A DNA stretch of 64,000 nt, from contig CAWEKG010000002.1 of assembly GCA_963809595.1 (NCBI GenBank), positions 800,391-864,390 on the forward strand, given 5' to 3'. Positions 52,437 to 63,637 of this stretch are shown here, in pieces (position 1 is the stretch's first letter; every line of letters begins with the position of its first letter). The DNA is from an uncultured Chloroflexia bacterium (lineage in GTDB: Bacteria > Chloroflexota > Limnocylindria > Limnocylindrales > CSP1-4). The translations under genes were made by a program, and so were the position numbers. The notes under the pieces are model-generated. The model saw only the letters and a list, made by a program, of their open reading frames with translations. It searched no databases and was not told where the DNA came from.

Positions 52437-53479
52437 CCGTCGACCTGAGCACCCGCTATCTCGGTCTCGAGCTCCGCTCGCCGATCGTCGCGTCGGCCGC
52501 CCCGCACAACGGGGAGCCGGCCACCGCCAAACGTCTCGAGAACGCGGGGGTCGGCGCCATCGTCCTCCCCTCGTTGTTCGAGGAGGAGATCCTGGCTGAG
52601 GAATGGGAGCTCGACCGGGCCCTGAACCAGGGCACCGAGCAGTTCGCCGAGGCCCTCGACTACTTCCCGGCGGTCGAGACCTTCCTGGGCGCGGCCGATC
52701 GCTACGTCACCTCGCTCGAACGGGTCAAGAAGGCCGTTTCGGTGCCGGTCGTCGCGAGCCTGAACGCGAGCACGGCCGGCGGCTGGGTCCGCTACGCCCA
52801 GCGGCTCGAGGAGGCCGGCGCCGACGCCCTCGAGCTGAACCTCTATCACTTGGCCGCCGATCCGCGTCGGACCGCCGACGAGATCGAGGCGGCCGACCTC
52901 GAGCTGATCGCCGCAGCGCGTCTCGCGGTGACGATCCCGCTGGCGGTCAAGCTGAGCCCGTTCTACTCGGCGCTCTCGCACTTCGCCGCCGCGGCCACCG
53001 CGGCCGGCGCCGACGGTCTCGTCCTGTTCAACCGCTTCTACCAACCCGACCTCGACCTCGAATCGCTCGAGGTCGTGCCGCGGCTGGAGCTGAGCCAGGC
53101 CTGGGAGCTTCGGCTGCCGGTCCGCTGGATCGGGATCCTCCGGCCCCAGCTCGGGCCCGACGTCTCGCTGGCGGCGACCTCCGGCGCGCAGACCGGGGGC
53201 GACGTGGTCAAGGGGCTCATCGTGGGCGCCGACGTGGTGATGATGACCTCGGCCCTGCTCCGCCACGGCCCCGAGCACGTCGCGACGGTCGAGGCCGAGC
53301 TGCGGTCCTGGATGGCCGAGCACGAATACGTCTCGGTCGAGCAGCTCCGGGGGAGCGCCAGCCAGGCCACGGTCGAGAACCCGTCGGCCTTCGAGCGGGC
53401 GAACTATCTCCAGACGCTCCGCTCGTGGGTCACGCCGCGCGAGCTGACCTCGACCTCGCCCACCCGTTCGAGGGGCTGA
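52433..53479 (+). CDS. Dihydroorotate-dehydrogenase-like FMN protein
   Basis: DLSTRYLGLEL.SP, VKLSP, VLFNRF; the SCPN loop is replaced by LYHL. GTGA overlap with nifJ. Confidence 0.85.
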
Positions 53480-53483
53480 CGCC

Positions 53484-54620
53484 TCAGGGGAGCGCGTCCA
53501 GGACCCGGGTGGCCTCGGCCTCGCTCATCGCGGCGACGGCGTAGAGCAGCTCGCCCTTCGGGTAGTACCAGACCGGCCAGGCGCCGTATTCCACGTACGT
53601 CGCCGCCCGACCGCCCAGGGAAGCGCTCGACACCTTGGCGTCGGGGATCGTCTTGAGCATCGCGGCCAGGAGCTGGTCGGCCGGCACCCCGCGGACGCGC
53701 TCGACCGCGAGGAGGAGGAGCGGCGGCTCAGTCGGGCTGGCCGTCGCGCTGGCGAAGTCGGCCGGGTGCTTGCCGAGGGCGGCCAGGATCGGGTCCTTCT
53801 CCGTCATGCCCATCCCCTCGCCGGTCCTCGACTGCTTCGTCAGTGTTCGGCCCTCGAAGCTGTCCGGGAGGAGCGCCTCGAGACCGGGATCCTCGTGGTG
53901 CGTCGCGACCGGCTCGGGCGAGCCGTACTTGTCGTACTGGGTCGGCGATGGCGCCGGCGTGGCGCCCGGCGGCAGACTCACGACAGGGTTGCCGGTGACC
54001 TTGAACGTGGCCATGAGCTTCTCGACTTCGGCCAGGCGATCAGTCTCTGCCGGCCAGCTGAAGACGACGTTGACCGGGTCGAACTCGCCCATGACCTGGT
54101 AGCCGACGACGGTCCGGGCGCTCGGCGTGCCGCTGCCCCAGTCGAGGGTCTGGGTCCAGCGGAAGCGGGCGGCCTTGGCCTTCTCCCCCACCCCGACCAG
54201 GTCGCCGACCGGGATCTCCTTCACCCCAGGCATGGCGGCGATCGCCTCGCCGTCCTGGAGCGGACCCGCGGTCGTGGAGTCCCAGGTGGACGGTGGGTTG
54301 ATGGCGAGCCGCAGGCCGGCTGCACCCGGCCGCGGCTCATAGGCGCGGAAGGCGTTCGGTCCGACGAGATCCAGCCGCTTGAGCCAGTCGGCCACGTCCG
54401 GCGTCTTGTCGCTCGTGGCGTCGTATGAGGCCGAGGAGCCGAGGGTGACCCAGTCGGCCGGCAGGTCGAGCCGATAGGTGAGGTCGCCGAAGGCGCCGCT
54501 CGACGGGGCGACCGAAGCGGGCGTGGCCGGGGCGGAGGGAGTCGCCCCGACCGTGCAGGCCGCGATCACGACGATGAACGGCGTCACCACGAGGAGACGC
54601 CGAAACCGCCTGATCGCCAT
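53484..54620 (-). CDS. Hypothetical two-domain lipoprotein
   Basis: Lipobox IAAC and two P/S/T linkers. Confidence 0.65.
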   Translation of the reverse strand: MAIRRFRRLLVVTPFIVVIAACTVGATPSAPATPASVAPSSGAFGDLTYRLDLPADWVTLGSSASYDATSDKTPDVADWLKRLDLVGPNAFRAYEPRPGAAGLRLAINPPSTWDSTTAGPLQDGEAIAAMPGVKEIPVGDLVGVGEKAKAARFRWTQTLDWGSGTPSARTVVGYQVMGEFDPVNVVFSWPAETDRLAEVEKLMATFKVTGNPVVSLPPGATPAPSPTQYDKYGSPEPVATHHEDPGLEALLPDSFEGRTLTKQSRTGEGMGMTEKDPILAALGKHPADFASATASPTEPPLLLLAVERVRGVPADQLLAAMLKTIPDAKVSSASLGGRAATYVEYGAWPVWYYPKGELLYAVAAMSEAEATRVLDALP

Positions 54621-54712
54621 CGCCAACACCCCACCCGATCGGGACGCCCGATGGTGAGACGTCGACGGCGGCCGAACGTTGCACCTCCACGCGCTCTGGC
54701 GTCACAGCGACG

Positions 54713-56146
54713 ATGAAGGTCAAGCTGATCCTGCCGGCCCTGCTGGAAGCGACCGACCCCGGGTTCCGCCCGATCAAGTACGCCCTCTTCCCACCACTCG
54801 GACTGGCGGCGCTGGCGGGCTATCTCGACCCCGACGACGAGGTCAGCCTCGAGGACGAGCACGTCATGCCGCTCCACCTCGACGATCGACCGGACCTGGT
54901 CGTCATGTCGGTCTACATCACGGCCGCGAAGCGGGCCTACCGGATCGCCGATGCGTACCGGGCTCGAGGCACGCACGTCGCCCTCGGCGGCCTCCACGTC
55001 AGCTCGAGACCGGACGAGGCGGCCAGGCACGCCGACAGCATCTTCATCGGGCCCGGCGAGGACACCTGGCCGGCCTTCCTCGCGGACCTCCGACGCGGCG
55101 AGCCGGCCGCCCGCTACGTCTCCCGACGCCGAACGCTCGACGGCGCGCCGCCGATCCGGCGCGACCTGTTCGACCGGCGGCGCTACCTCTGCCCGAACTC
55201 GATCGTGGTCTCGCGGGGCTGCCCCCACCACTGCGACTTCTGCTACAAGGACGCGTTCTACGAGGGCGGCGTCTCCTTCTACACCCAGGCGGTCGACCGG
55301 GCCCTGGCCGAGATCGAGCGGATGCCCGGACGGCACGTCTACTTCCTCGACGACCACCTCCTGGCCAGCCCGCGCTTCGCCACGGCCCTGTTCGACGGGA
55401 TGCGCGGGATGGGCCGCGTGTTCCAGGGCGCGAGCACGGTCGACGCGGTCCTCCGGCCGGGCCTCCTCGAGCGGGCGGCCGAAGCCGGCATGCGCAGCGT
55501 CTTCGTCGGGCTCGAGACGATCAACCCGACGAATCTCGCCCTCCACGCCAAGCGTCAGAACCTCGCCCGCGACTACGAGGCCGCGATCCGCCGGGTCCAC
55601 GGCCTGGGGATCATGGTCAACGCCAGCTTCGTGTTCGGGCTGGACGACGACCAGCCCGACGTCTTCGATCGGACCGTCGACTGGGCGGTCTCGCAGAGCA
55701 TCGAGACCGCGACCTTCCACATCATGACCCCCTACCCGGGCACCGCCCTGCACGACCGGGTCGCCGCCGAGGGCCGGATCACCGACACCGACTGGGACCA
55801 CTACGACACCCGTCACGTCGTCTACCGACCGAAGCGGATGACGCCCGACGAGCTGCTGGCCGGCTACCGGCGGGCCTACCGCGACTTCTACGCCTGGGGC
55901 TCGATCCTGCGCGGGGCCGCCGGCCAGGCCACCCTTCATCGGCAGGCCCGCCACCTGGCCTACGCCGGCGGATGGAAGCGGCTCGAACCATTCTGGGACG
56001 CGGTGATTCGCTCGCGCCGGGTCGGCGCGATGCTGCCGCTGCTCGAGGCTACCCTCGACGCGTACGGGCGGGCACGGGCGGGGAGAGGGGCGAGCTCACC
56101 CGCGACCGCGCCGACTTCCGCCGTCGAGGTCGCACCGGATGCCTGA
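54713..56146 (+). CDS. B12-binding-domain radical SAM protein
   Basis: N-terminal cobalamin-binding domain (PPLGLAALAG, LGGLHVS), SRGCPHHCDFC, TPYPGT. Confidence 0.9.
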   Translation: MKVKLILPALLEATDPGFRPIKYALFPPLGLAALAGYLDPDDEVSLEDEHVMPLHLDDRPDLVVMSVYITAAKRAYRIADAYRARGTHVALGGLHVSSRPDEAARHADSIFIGPGEDTWPAFLADLRRGEPAARYVSRRRTLDGAPPIRRDLFDRRRYLCPNSIVVSRGCPHHCDFCYKDAFYEGGVSFYTQAVDRALAEIERMPGRHVYFLDDHLLASPRFATALFDGMRGMGRVFQGASTVDAVLRPGLLERAAEAGMRSVFVGLETINPTNLALHAKRQNLARDYEAAIRRVHGLGIMVNASFVFGLDDDQPDVFDRTVDWAVSQSIETATFHIMTPYPGTALHDRVAAEGRITDTDWDHYDTRHVVYRPKRMTPDELLAGYRRAYRDFYAWGSILRGAAGQATLHRQARHLAYAGGWKRLEPFWDAVIRSRRVGAMLPLLEATLDAYGRARAGRGASSPATAPTSAVEVAPDA

Positions 56147-56250
56147 CCGCGAGCCGGGCTGGCTCGAAGACCGGGATGCCGCGGTCCGCTCGGGGGACCG
56201 GTTTGCCAGACGGCCATGCGAGGCCGCGCCACTCGGTCTTGACCGAGGGA

Positions 56251-56865
56251 TCAGGGCGCTGCGTGACCTGGCTTCGGCGAGGGTCGGAGCAATCCGTCCA
56301 GCAGGTCTTCGTCGGTGACGACCCGCATCCAGTCGACCAGGTCACGGTTGACGATCATCGTTCCGCTCGACTGCTGAGCACGCTCGCCGCCCGACCAGTA
56401 TTCGATCCAGGCGTCGGTCAGGGGGACCATCAGCGGACGTTCACCCATGCTCGCGACCGGGTCGCGACCCGGCGCGACATGGAGATACCCGCCGATCAGG
56501 TAGTCGCCCGACTGGAGCGCGATCGGGTGGGTCCGGGTCGGTTGGCGGCGCGCCTCGTTGCCTCGGGGCCCGCTCGCATGGACGGCGATCAGCTCGCTGC
56601 AGCGGATCAGGACCTCGTCGACCGAGCGTGTCGCACCGTCCTCGAGGCTTTCGACCTCGACCTCGGTGAGCAGCAGCTCTTCGTGAGCGTTCAGGAGGTC
56701 CGTCAGCCGATCGGCCCTCAGGCGGATCCAGCCGAACACTCGGTGATGCCGGCCGTAGGCGTCGAACCGGACGAGAGGCGCCTCCGATACGTAGTCCGGC
56801 TCGAAGACCTCCTCGAGCGTCGGCTGGAGGATGAAATGGAGACGACCCGGCGCTTGGGGCAGCAT
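56251..56865 (-). CDS. Hypothetical protein with two similar beta-rich halves
   Basis: GWIRL.ADRLTDLLN...LTEVEV and GYLHV.PG.DP...LTDAWI. Confidence 0.7.
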   Translation of the reverse strand: MLPQAPGRLHFILQPTLEEVFEPDYVSEAPLVRFDAYGRHHRVFGWIRLRADRLTDLLNAHEELLLTEVEVESLEDGATRSVDEVLIRCSELIAVHASGPRGNEARRQPTRTHPIALQSGDYLIGGYLHVAPGRDPVASMGERPLMVPLTDAWIEYWSGGERAQQSSGTMIVNRDLVDWMRVVTDEDLLDGLLRPSPKPGHAAP

Positions 56866-56929
56866 CGACCAGGCACGGTAGGGTCTGGACGCCGCAGGCG
56901 CAATCGCCCGAAGGTACTTCGAGCCTCCC

Positions 56930-59900
56930 CTACACCACCCGAGCCGGGCACATCGCCCGGAAGTCGCACCAGCCGCAGATCTTGCTCGTGGGCGTCGCGG
57001 CGAAGTCGCCCGAGCGGAGGCGGGCGGCCCGGGCGAGGAGATCGGCGCGGGCGGCGTCGAGTTGCTCGTCGGATCGGTTGGTGGTCATCCGGGTCGCCGA
57101 CTCGGTGAAGTAGAGGGTCACCGTCTCGGGCGTCCCGAGGCCGAGCGCGTCGCGGCAGGCGAGGGCATAGATCGACAGCTGGAGACTCTCGTCGACACCC
57201 TTCTGGGAGCTCGGCCGACCCGTCTTGTAGTCGATGACCTCGAGACCGCTGGACTCCAGCCGGTCGATCCGGTCGATCGAGCCGTGGACGACGACCGCGG
57301 GTGATCCGTCGCCGGGGTCGAGGGCCAGCTCGAAGCCGAGCTCTTCGTAGTCAACGGTCCGCGCCCCGTCGGCCAGCTCACCCTGGTAGAACGCGTCGAT
57401 GAGTGGCCCCGTCCGCGCCCGGTAGCCGGCCTCGGCGGTCCGGTCGCCGTACTCGCCGGGCTTCCACTCCTCCTCGAAGAACCGGGCCAGGTCCTCGCGG
57501 GTCGGCGGCGGGTCGCCCCGGGCGGCGGCCTCGCGACGTTCGCGGGTGAAGCGCTCGAAGGCGGCGTGGGCGGTGGAGCCGAAGCTCAGCGCCGCCCGAC
57601 CGGCGGGCTCGGGGAAGCGGTAGACGTGCTTGAACGCGTACTGGAGAGGGCACTTCTCGTAGACGTCGAACTGGCTGTAGCTGAAGCTCGAGGGCAGCGG
57701 CGCCACCTCGAGCAGGTTCGCCCCGGCGCCACCCTCGACGGCGATCGCCCGCATCGTCAGGGGGTCGAGCCCGCGCTCCCGGGCCCCATCGGCGGTCAGC
57801 GCGGCCGCCTCCCCCACCGTGACCAGCTGGGCCGCCAGGGCGGCACGGGCGTCGGCGGTCTCGGGATCCTCGGGGTCCGAGGCCTCGATGAGGCCGAGGA
57901 TCTCCGCGGCGCGGACCCGGAGCGCGACCCGGTGCTCCCGGGTCGTGGGCAGGGGCATGACCTGGCGGACGGCGGCTGCTGTCCGACGAGCGGCGGCACC
58001 GGCGCCGGCGGTCGGGGCGGCGGCTGTCGCGTCCGCGCCCGGGCCTGTGCCGGCCGCCGCGGCCTCCGCCGCCGCGGCGCTCGAGGTGACGTCGTGCAGC
58101 TCGACGCCGGCCCCGGTCCGCAGCTCGACGACGAACGGCGAGAGGTTCTTCTCGATCGCCGGCCCGGCCTGGGTCGTCAGCGTGAGGCGCTCCTGGGTCC
58201 GGGTCATCGCGACGTAGAGGAGACGACGCTCCTCTTCCATCAGCAGGTCACCGGCCGGGACGGGCTCGCGGAGGAGCTCGCGCGGGAGGGCCTCGCCGGT
58301 CTCGCGACTCACCGGCCACTCCCCGTCGAGCAGGAACGGGACGAAGACGCACGGGAACTCGAGCCCCTTGGCCTGGTAGAGGGTCATCAGCCTGACCCCG
58401 TCCACATCCTCGGTCAGCTCGACGCTCGTCGGCAGCTCGCCGCCGGCGGCCTGGTAGGCATCGAGGTAGTCGACGAAGCCGGCCAGCGACCCCTGCGGGT
58501 GCTCGGCCTGCCAGTCGAAGGCGAAGCGCAGGAACGAGGCGATGTTCGTCGCGGCGCGCTGCGACTCGCGGGTGTCGGCGGCGATGAGGTCGAGGACGGT
58601 GCCGGTCCGCTCGAGCAGCCGCTCGAGGATCGTGTGGGGGCCGTCGCGCCAGGTCATCGGCGCCAGCTCGTCGATCGTCTCGAGGACCCGGCGCAGTCGG
58701 GTCCGGGTGATCGGCGCGACCTCGCGACCGTTGGTCGGACTGGTCGACGCGGGCGCGGCTGGCTCGGTCGAAAGCGGCTCGGTCGGCGCGGGCTCCGGGG
58801 CGGCGGGGGCGGCGGCGTCCCAGATCGATGGGGCGACCAGCGCGTTCGTGGCGGTCGACGGCGCCTCGGCACGTCCACCGATCTTCTCGATCACCTCGAT
58901 CTCGCCATCGGCCAGGAGGTCGAACGTCCGCGGCTGGAGGCTCGTCCCGCCCGCGTCGTGCCCGTTCGTCTCGTCCGGCTCGGCGCCGTCGCCCCCGACC
59001 GGGCGCGACCCCAGCGGTCTGGTCGACGGCGACCCGGCCCGACTCGACGACCTCGCGGATCGCCTCGATGAGGTGGCGCCGGTCGTAGCGGGCCATCCGG
59101 GCGACCGCCAGGATCTCGAGCGCGTCGAGCCGCCACGGCGCCGCCGAGAGCATCCGCACGAGGGCGATGTCCTGGTGCGGATCGGCGATCGCCCGGAGGG
59201 TCTGCTCGAGGTCGCGGATCTCGGGCGTCTCGAAGAGCGACAGCCCGCCGACCACCGTGTACGGGATGTCCTCGTCGCGGAGCCGGGCGACGATCGCCTC
59301 GCGGTGCTTGTGCTTGCGGTAGAGGATCGCGATGTCCGACCAGGGCCGGCCGGGGGCGGCACCACCTGCGAGGGCCGCGGCGGCGCCCGTCGCACGGGGC
59401 GCGCCGCCGCTCGAAGGCGCGGTCGTCAGGGCCCGGATCCGGTCGGCGATCGTGACCGCCTCGTCGGCCGGGCCGGCGCAGACGATCAGCTCCACCGGCA
59501 GCCCGGCGCCGCGCTTGGTGACGAGGCGCTTGTCCGGCTCGTAGCGCATCACGTTCCGCTCGATGATCCGGTTGGCGGCCGTCAGGACGTGCCCACCGGA
59601 ACGGTGGTTCTCCTCGAGCCGGAGGCGGGTCGGCGGTCCCGGCGGCGTGGCGTCCGGATCGTGGGTCGGGGCCAGGGCGAACCGGCGGTCGAACTCGGCG
59701 AAGGCGGCGTAGCTGGCGCCCCGGAAGCGGTAGATCGACTGGTCGTCGTCGCCCACGACCATCACGTTGTCGGGCCGGTCGGGCGTCCGCCCGAGCATCT
59801 CCACGAGCTCGATCTGGGCGACGTTCGCGTCCTGGAACTCGTCGACCAGCAGGTAGCGATACTGGCGCTGGTAGCGCCGCAGGACGTTGGGCCGGGCCCG

Positions 59901-60944
59901 GAAGAGACCGATGACCGCGGCGATCTGCTCCCCGAAGTCGAGCGCTCCGCGCCGCGCCAGCTCGGCCTGGTAGGCCCGGTAGACGAGGGCCAGCTCGCGG
60001 AACCGGAGGACCTCGAGGGCTGCTCCGTCGACCACGTAGGTGTCGGCGAGCTCCGCGATCTCGTCCTGCTCGTCGGGCGTGAAGCGCTTGATGTTCCGGG
60101 CGGAACCGGTGCCGTCGACGGTCCGTCGGGCCTCCTTGTCGGCGGTCTTTCGGACACCCTCGTCGGTCGGCTCGAGCGCGAACGCTCGTCCCTCCTGGGC
60201 CCGCACGTCCGCCCGGTAGCGGGCGTAGTCCTTGCGCACCGCGCGTGCCGGCCCGAGGTTGCCGAGGCCACGCAGTCGCTCGATCGCCGGCTCGACCGGG
60301 CCGTACTCGGCCTCGAAGGCGGCACCCTCGGAGGCGGCGAACGCGTCGGCCCGGTCCGGCGTGACGAGCTCGTCCTTGGCCCGGTTGATGAACGCGACGA
60401 ACTGGGCCAGCCACCAGCCCCCGTCGCCGCCCCGGCTCGAGTGGTAGGTCAGCGGCAGGTCCGGCCACAGGTCGCGCAGGAGGAGGAGCTGGCCGACCCC
60501 GTCGAGGACGTCCGGCCGGCCCTGGAGCCCGGCCTCGGCGGCGTGTTCGGTCAGGACCCGGTGGCAGAAGCTGTGGAAGTTCGAGACGGGCAGACGCGCC
60601 CGGGCCGCCGGACCGAGGGCGGCCTCCAGGCGCTCCGACAGCTCCCGGGCCGCCTTGACGTTGTAGGTCAGGACGAGGACCTGTTCCGGGGCCAGCGGGC
60701 CCTCGAAGGGCGCATCGTGACGTCCGGGCTCGGCGGGGATCGGGTCGCCGGCCGCCGTCCAGGCGGACTCGCCGCGGGTCTCGAGGAGATACCGGACGCG
60801 CTCGACGATGACCCGGGTCTTGCCGGTGCCCGCTCCCGCGATGACGACGAGCGGCCCGTCGCCCCACTCGACGATCGGGCGCTGCTCGTCGGACAGCTCG
60901 AGAGCGGCGCGGGGCTCCATCATCCCGGTCGGCGTCTCCCCCAT
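56930..60944 (-). CDS. UvrD-family helicase fused to a PD-(D/E)XK nuclease with Fe-S Cys (frameshift near 59010)
   Basis: AGAGTGKT, LVDEFQD, VVGDDDQSIYRFRGA, MTLYQAKGLEF, EERRLLYVAMTR, GSIDRID, IDYKTG, CP...C..C.F...CP. Confidence 0.88.
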
Positions 60945-61093
60945 CTCCGTCGGACCTCCTCCGCCACGGTACGCGGCACCGGGATCGTGCCCGCTCCTCG
61001 TGACAGCTCCGATGGCACGGGCCGTGCGAGCGCGGGCCTCACGTCCATGCTACGCGACGGAACCCGCTGAGAACCTCCCGGTCGGCGGATGCG

Positions 61094-61267
61094 ATGATCG
61101 CCGACATGAGGCTGACTCGGAGAGACGTCGCTGCAGCGGTCCGCGCGGCACTGCGTCGGACCGGCTTCGGCGCGCGTTCACGGCCAGCGGCGAGGCTCGG
61201 TCTGAAGGTCGACGTCACCAACGTGGCCGAAGCGCTCGAGATCCTCGACGGTCCGAGCGCGCCCTAA
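61094..61267 (+). pseudogene. VapB-like antitoxin remnant (57 aa), no adjacent toxin
   Basis: My translation: MIADMRLTRRDVAAAVRAALRRTGFGARSRPAARLGLKVDVTNVAEALEILDGPSAP*. Confidence 0.45.
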
Positions 61268-61396
61268 GGGCCCGTGTGTGAAACCCGAGAGCGGTCGGGT
61301 AACGGTGTAGCGTTCCGGACCAGCACAGGTTCGCGGTCTTGACGTCTGGCAGAGCGTCGGGCAGCGTGCCCAGGCCAACCTGCGAGGAGAGCACCA

Positions 61397-61819
61397 ATGG
61401 AGCAAGCTCGACCGATCGTGGTCCGGCCAGATGAGGGGACCCCGCCAGCCGGGCCACCCACGCCCGGAATGGACCGCCGACAGCTCTTCGACCACGAGGA
61501 TCGCTGGGTGGGCTGGGTGCGGACCGACGCCGGACTCGCGGGCGGCTGGCACCACCATGGAGCGCGCGACTCCTACATCTACGTTCTCCGCGGAAGGGTG
61601 ACGATCGAATCCGGTCCCGCCGGGCGCGAGCAGGTGACGGCGGTGGCCGGGGACTTCATCTTCACTCCCGCCCGGATGGTGCATCGCGAGATCACCGCCC
61701 CCGACGATGCGGCAGAGTTCTTCGTCGTCCGCGTCGGGACCGGCCCGCAGAACGTCAACGTCGACGGCCCCGATGCCGATCCGGACGGCCTGCCGACTCA
61801 GGTGTCCGCGCCGAGGTAG
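61397..61819 (+). CDS. Cupin-domain protein
   Basis: GWHHHG, SYIYVLRG, GDFIFTPARMVHRE; SD GAGGAG. Confidence 0.85.
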   Translation: MEQARPIVVRPDEGTPPAGPPTPGMDRRQLFDHEDRWVGWVRTDAGLAGGWHHHGARDSYIYVLRGRVTIESGPAGREQVTAVAGDFIFTPARMVHREITAPDDAAEFFVVRVGTGPQNVNVDGPDADPDGLPTQVSAPR

Positions 61820-62463
61820 GCCAGGACCGCCAGGACGCGGCGGTGGTCGTTCTCCGAGTCGGGCAGGTCGAGCTTGCCGAAGATGTTGCTGATGTGCTTC
61901 TCGGCGGCGCCCTCGCTGATGCCGAGGGCGGCGGCGATCCCCACGTTCGTGCGGCCCTCGGCCATCGCGTTGAGGACGTCCCGCTCGCGGGGGGTGAGTG
62001 CCGTGAGCCGGTCGTCCTGACGGCGCCGGACCATGAGCTGGGCGACGACCTCGGGGTCGAGGGCGGTCCCGCCGGCGGCCACCCGGCGCAGGGCGTCCAT
62101 GAACTGGTGGACGTCGGCGACCCGGTCCTTCAGCAGGTAACCCACCCCTCCGGCGCCGTCGGCGAGGAGCTCGCTGGCGTACTGCCGCTCGACGTACTGG
62201 CTCAGGACGAGGACCGGCGAGGCGGGGACGAGCCGGCGGGCCTCGATCGCCGCCCGGAGCCCCTCGTCGCGCTGGGTCGGCGGCATCCGGACGTCGACGA
62301 CCGAGACGTCGGGCCGATGCTCCACCACCGCCGCCACGAGTGACGGACCGTCGCCGACCCGGGCGACCACGGTCGCGCCCGAATCCTCGACGAGCCTGAC
62401 GAGACCCTCGCGCAGGAGGACCGAGTCCTCGGCGATGACCACCCGGAGCCCGGCGTCGCTCAC
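61798..62463 (-). CDS. NarL-type response regulator (orphan)
   Basis: AEDSVLLREG, DVRMPPT, GYLLKDRV, LuxR HTH; GTG start. Confidence 0.92.
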   Translation of the reverse strand: MSDAGLRVVIAEDSVLLREGLVRLVEDSGATVVARVGDGPSLVAAVVEHRPDVSVVDVRMPPTQRDEGLRAAIEARRLVPASPVLVLSQYVERQYASELLADGAGGVGYLLKDRVADVHQFMDALRRVAAGGTALDPEVVAQLMVRRRQDDRLTALTPRERDVLNAMAEGRTNVGIAAALGISEGAAEKHISNIFGKLDLPDSENDHRRVLAVLAYLGADT

Positions 62464-62631
62464 GTGTCGATGATGCACCGCCCGGCGGGCGACCGGGCCG
62501 TGCCCGGGAGCGCCCTGCCGACCGATGGTGGGGATAGCCCCACCCCGAAGACGCCGGCTGCCCGGCTTGGCCGGGAAGGGTCGGGACCGTAGCGTCGGAG
62601 GCGACGAAACGTACTCCTGAAAGGGGACACC

Positions 62632-63564
62632 GTGAAACGCCTCTTCGCCGTCCTGGCAACGGCAGCCTTCCTCCTCGGCATCGGCGCGCCGGTCGCCCTC
62701 GCGGCCGAGCCCCGACCCAACGCCGAGAGCGTCCTCATCTCCGTCACCGGTCCGGTGACCGTCGCGGCGGGCGATCACCTCGACACGCTGGTCGTGATCG
62801 ACGGCGACGCCCGGATCAGCGGCGATGTCGGGACGATCGTCCTGGTTCGGGGCACCGCAACGCTCTCGGGCGCCACGGCGGGCTCGCTCCTCGTCGTCGA
62901 CGGCCATGCCGACCTGGCGGCCGGGACGACCGTGCGGGGCGACGTCCGAACGCTGAACGGGACGGTGACCCAGGCCACGGGCGCCACGGTCCGCGGATCG
63001 GTCACGACCCTCGACGGCGACCTCGCCGCCCTGGGCGTGCTCCTCATCCCGGCCTTCATCCTGCTGGCCATCGGGTTCGGGCTCGTCGCGATCGCGGTCG
63101 CCCTGTTCGTCGCCGCCTTCGGCGCGCGCCAGGTCCGCTCGGTGGAGGGACTCATCCGCCGGGAGCCCGGCCAGGTGCTCATCGCGGGCATCGTCGGCTC
63201 GGTGGTCCTGCCGCTCAGCGCGATCCTGCTGATCGCGACGATCGTCGGCGCCCCGATCGGTCTCGCCGTCCTGTTCGTCCTGCTGCCGGCCCTGGCCTTC
63301 CTGGCCTGGATCGTGGCGGCGATCTGGATCGGCGACTGGATCGTCGCCCGGCTCCGCGGCGATGTCGAAGCGGATCGTCCGTATCTCGCGGCGGGGCTCG
63401 GTGTCGTCGCCCTCGCGGTCCTCGGGGTCATCCCCTTCGTGACCGCGATCGCCACCCTGTTCGGCTTCGGGGCGCTCCTGCTGGCGGCCTGGCGGACCTT
63501 CCGCCACGACGCGCCGCCGCTCGGCGACGCCGGCTCGCCGCAGCCCGCCCCGAGCGCGAGCTGA
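62632..63564 (+). CDS. Exported beta-helix/bactofilin-like domain plus multi-TM membrane protein
   Basis: Signal peptide, repeated G-D/S-V beta-solenoid units, then several TM helices. Confidence 0.7.
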   Translation: MKRLFAVLATAAFLLGIGAPVALAAEPRPNAESVLISVTGPVTVAAGDHLDTLVVIDGDARISGDVGTIVLVRGTATLSGATAGSLLVVDGHADLAAGTTVRGDVRTLNGTVTQATGATVRGSVTTLDGDLAALGVLLIPAFILLAIGFGLVAIAVALFVAAFGARQVRSVEGLIRREPGQVLIAGIVGSVVLPLSAILLIATIVGAPIGLAVLFVLLPALAFLAWIVAAIWIGDWIVARLRGDVEADRPYLAAGLGVVALAVLGVIPFVTAIATLFGFGALLLAAWRTFRHDAPPLGDAGSPQPAPSAS

Positions 63565-63637
63565 ACGGATCCACCACCTGGGCCGACGACCGGGACTTCC
63601 CCGGTCGCGGCCCTCACTCATGAGAGAGGGAAGAACG

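Noticed and set aside
56930-60944. Two-gene AddAB/AdnAB pair suggested by two overlapping ORFs
   Set aside because: The ORFs are the N- and C-terminal halves of one helicase (early motifs in one, late motifs and nuclease in the other) broken by an indel.
61262-61320. Possible IS terminal sequence (CCCTAAGGGCCCGTGTGTGAAACC)
   Set aside because: No matching second end, target duplication or transposase in the window.
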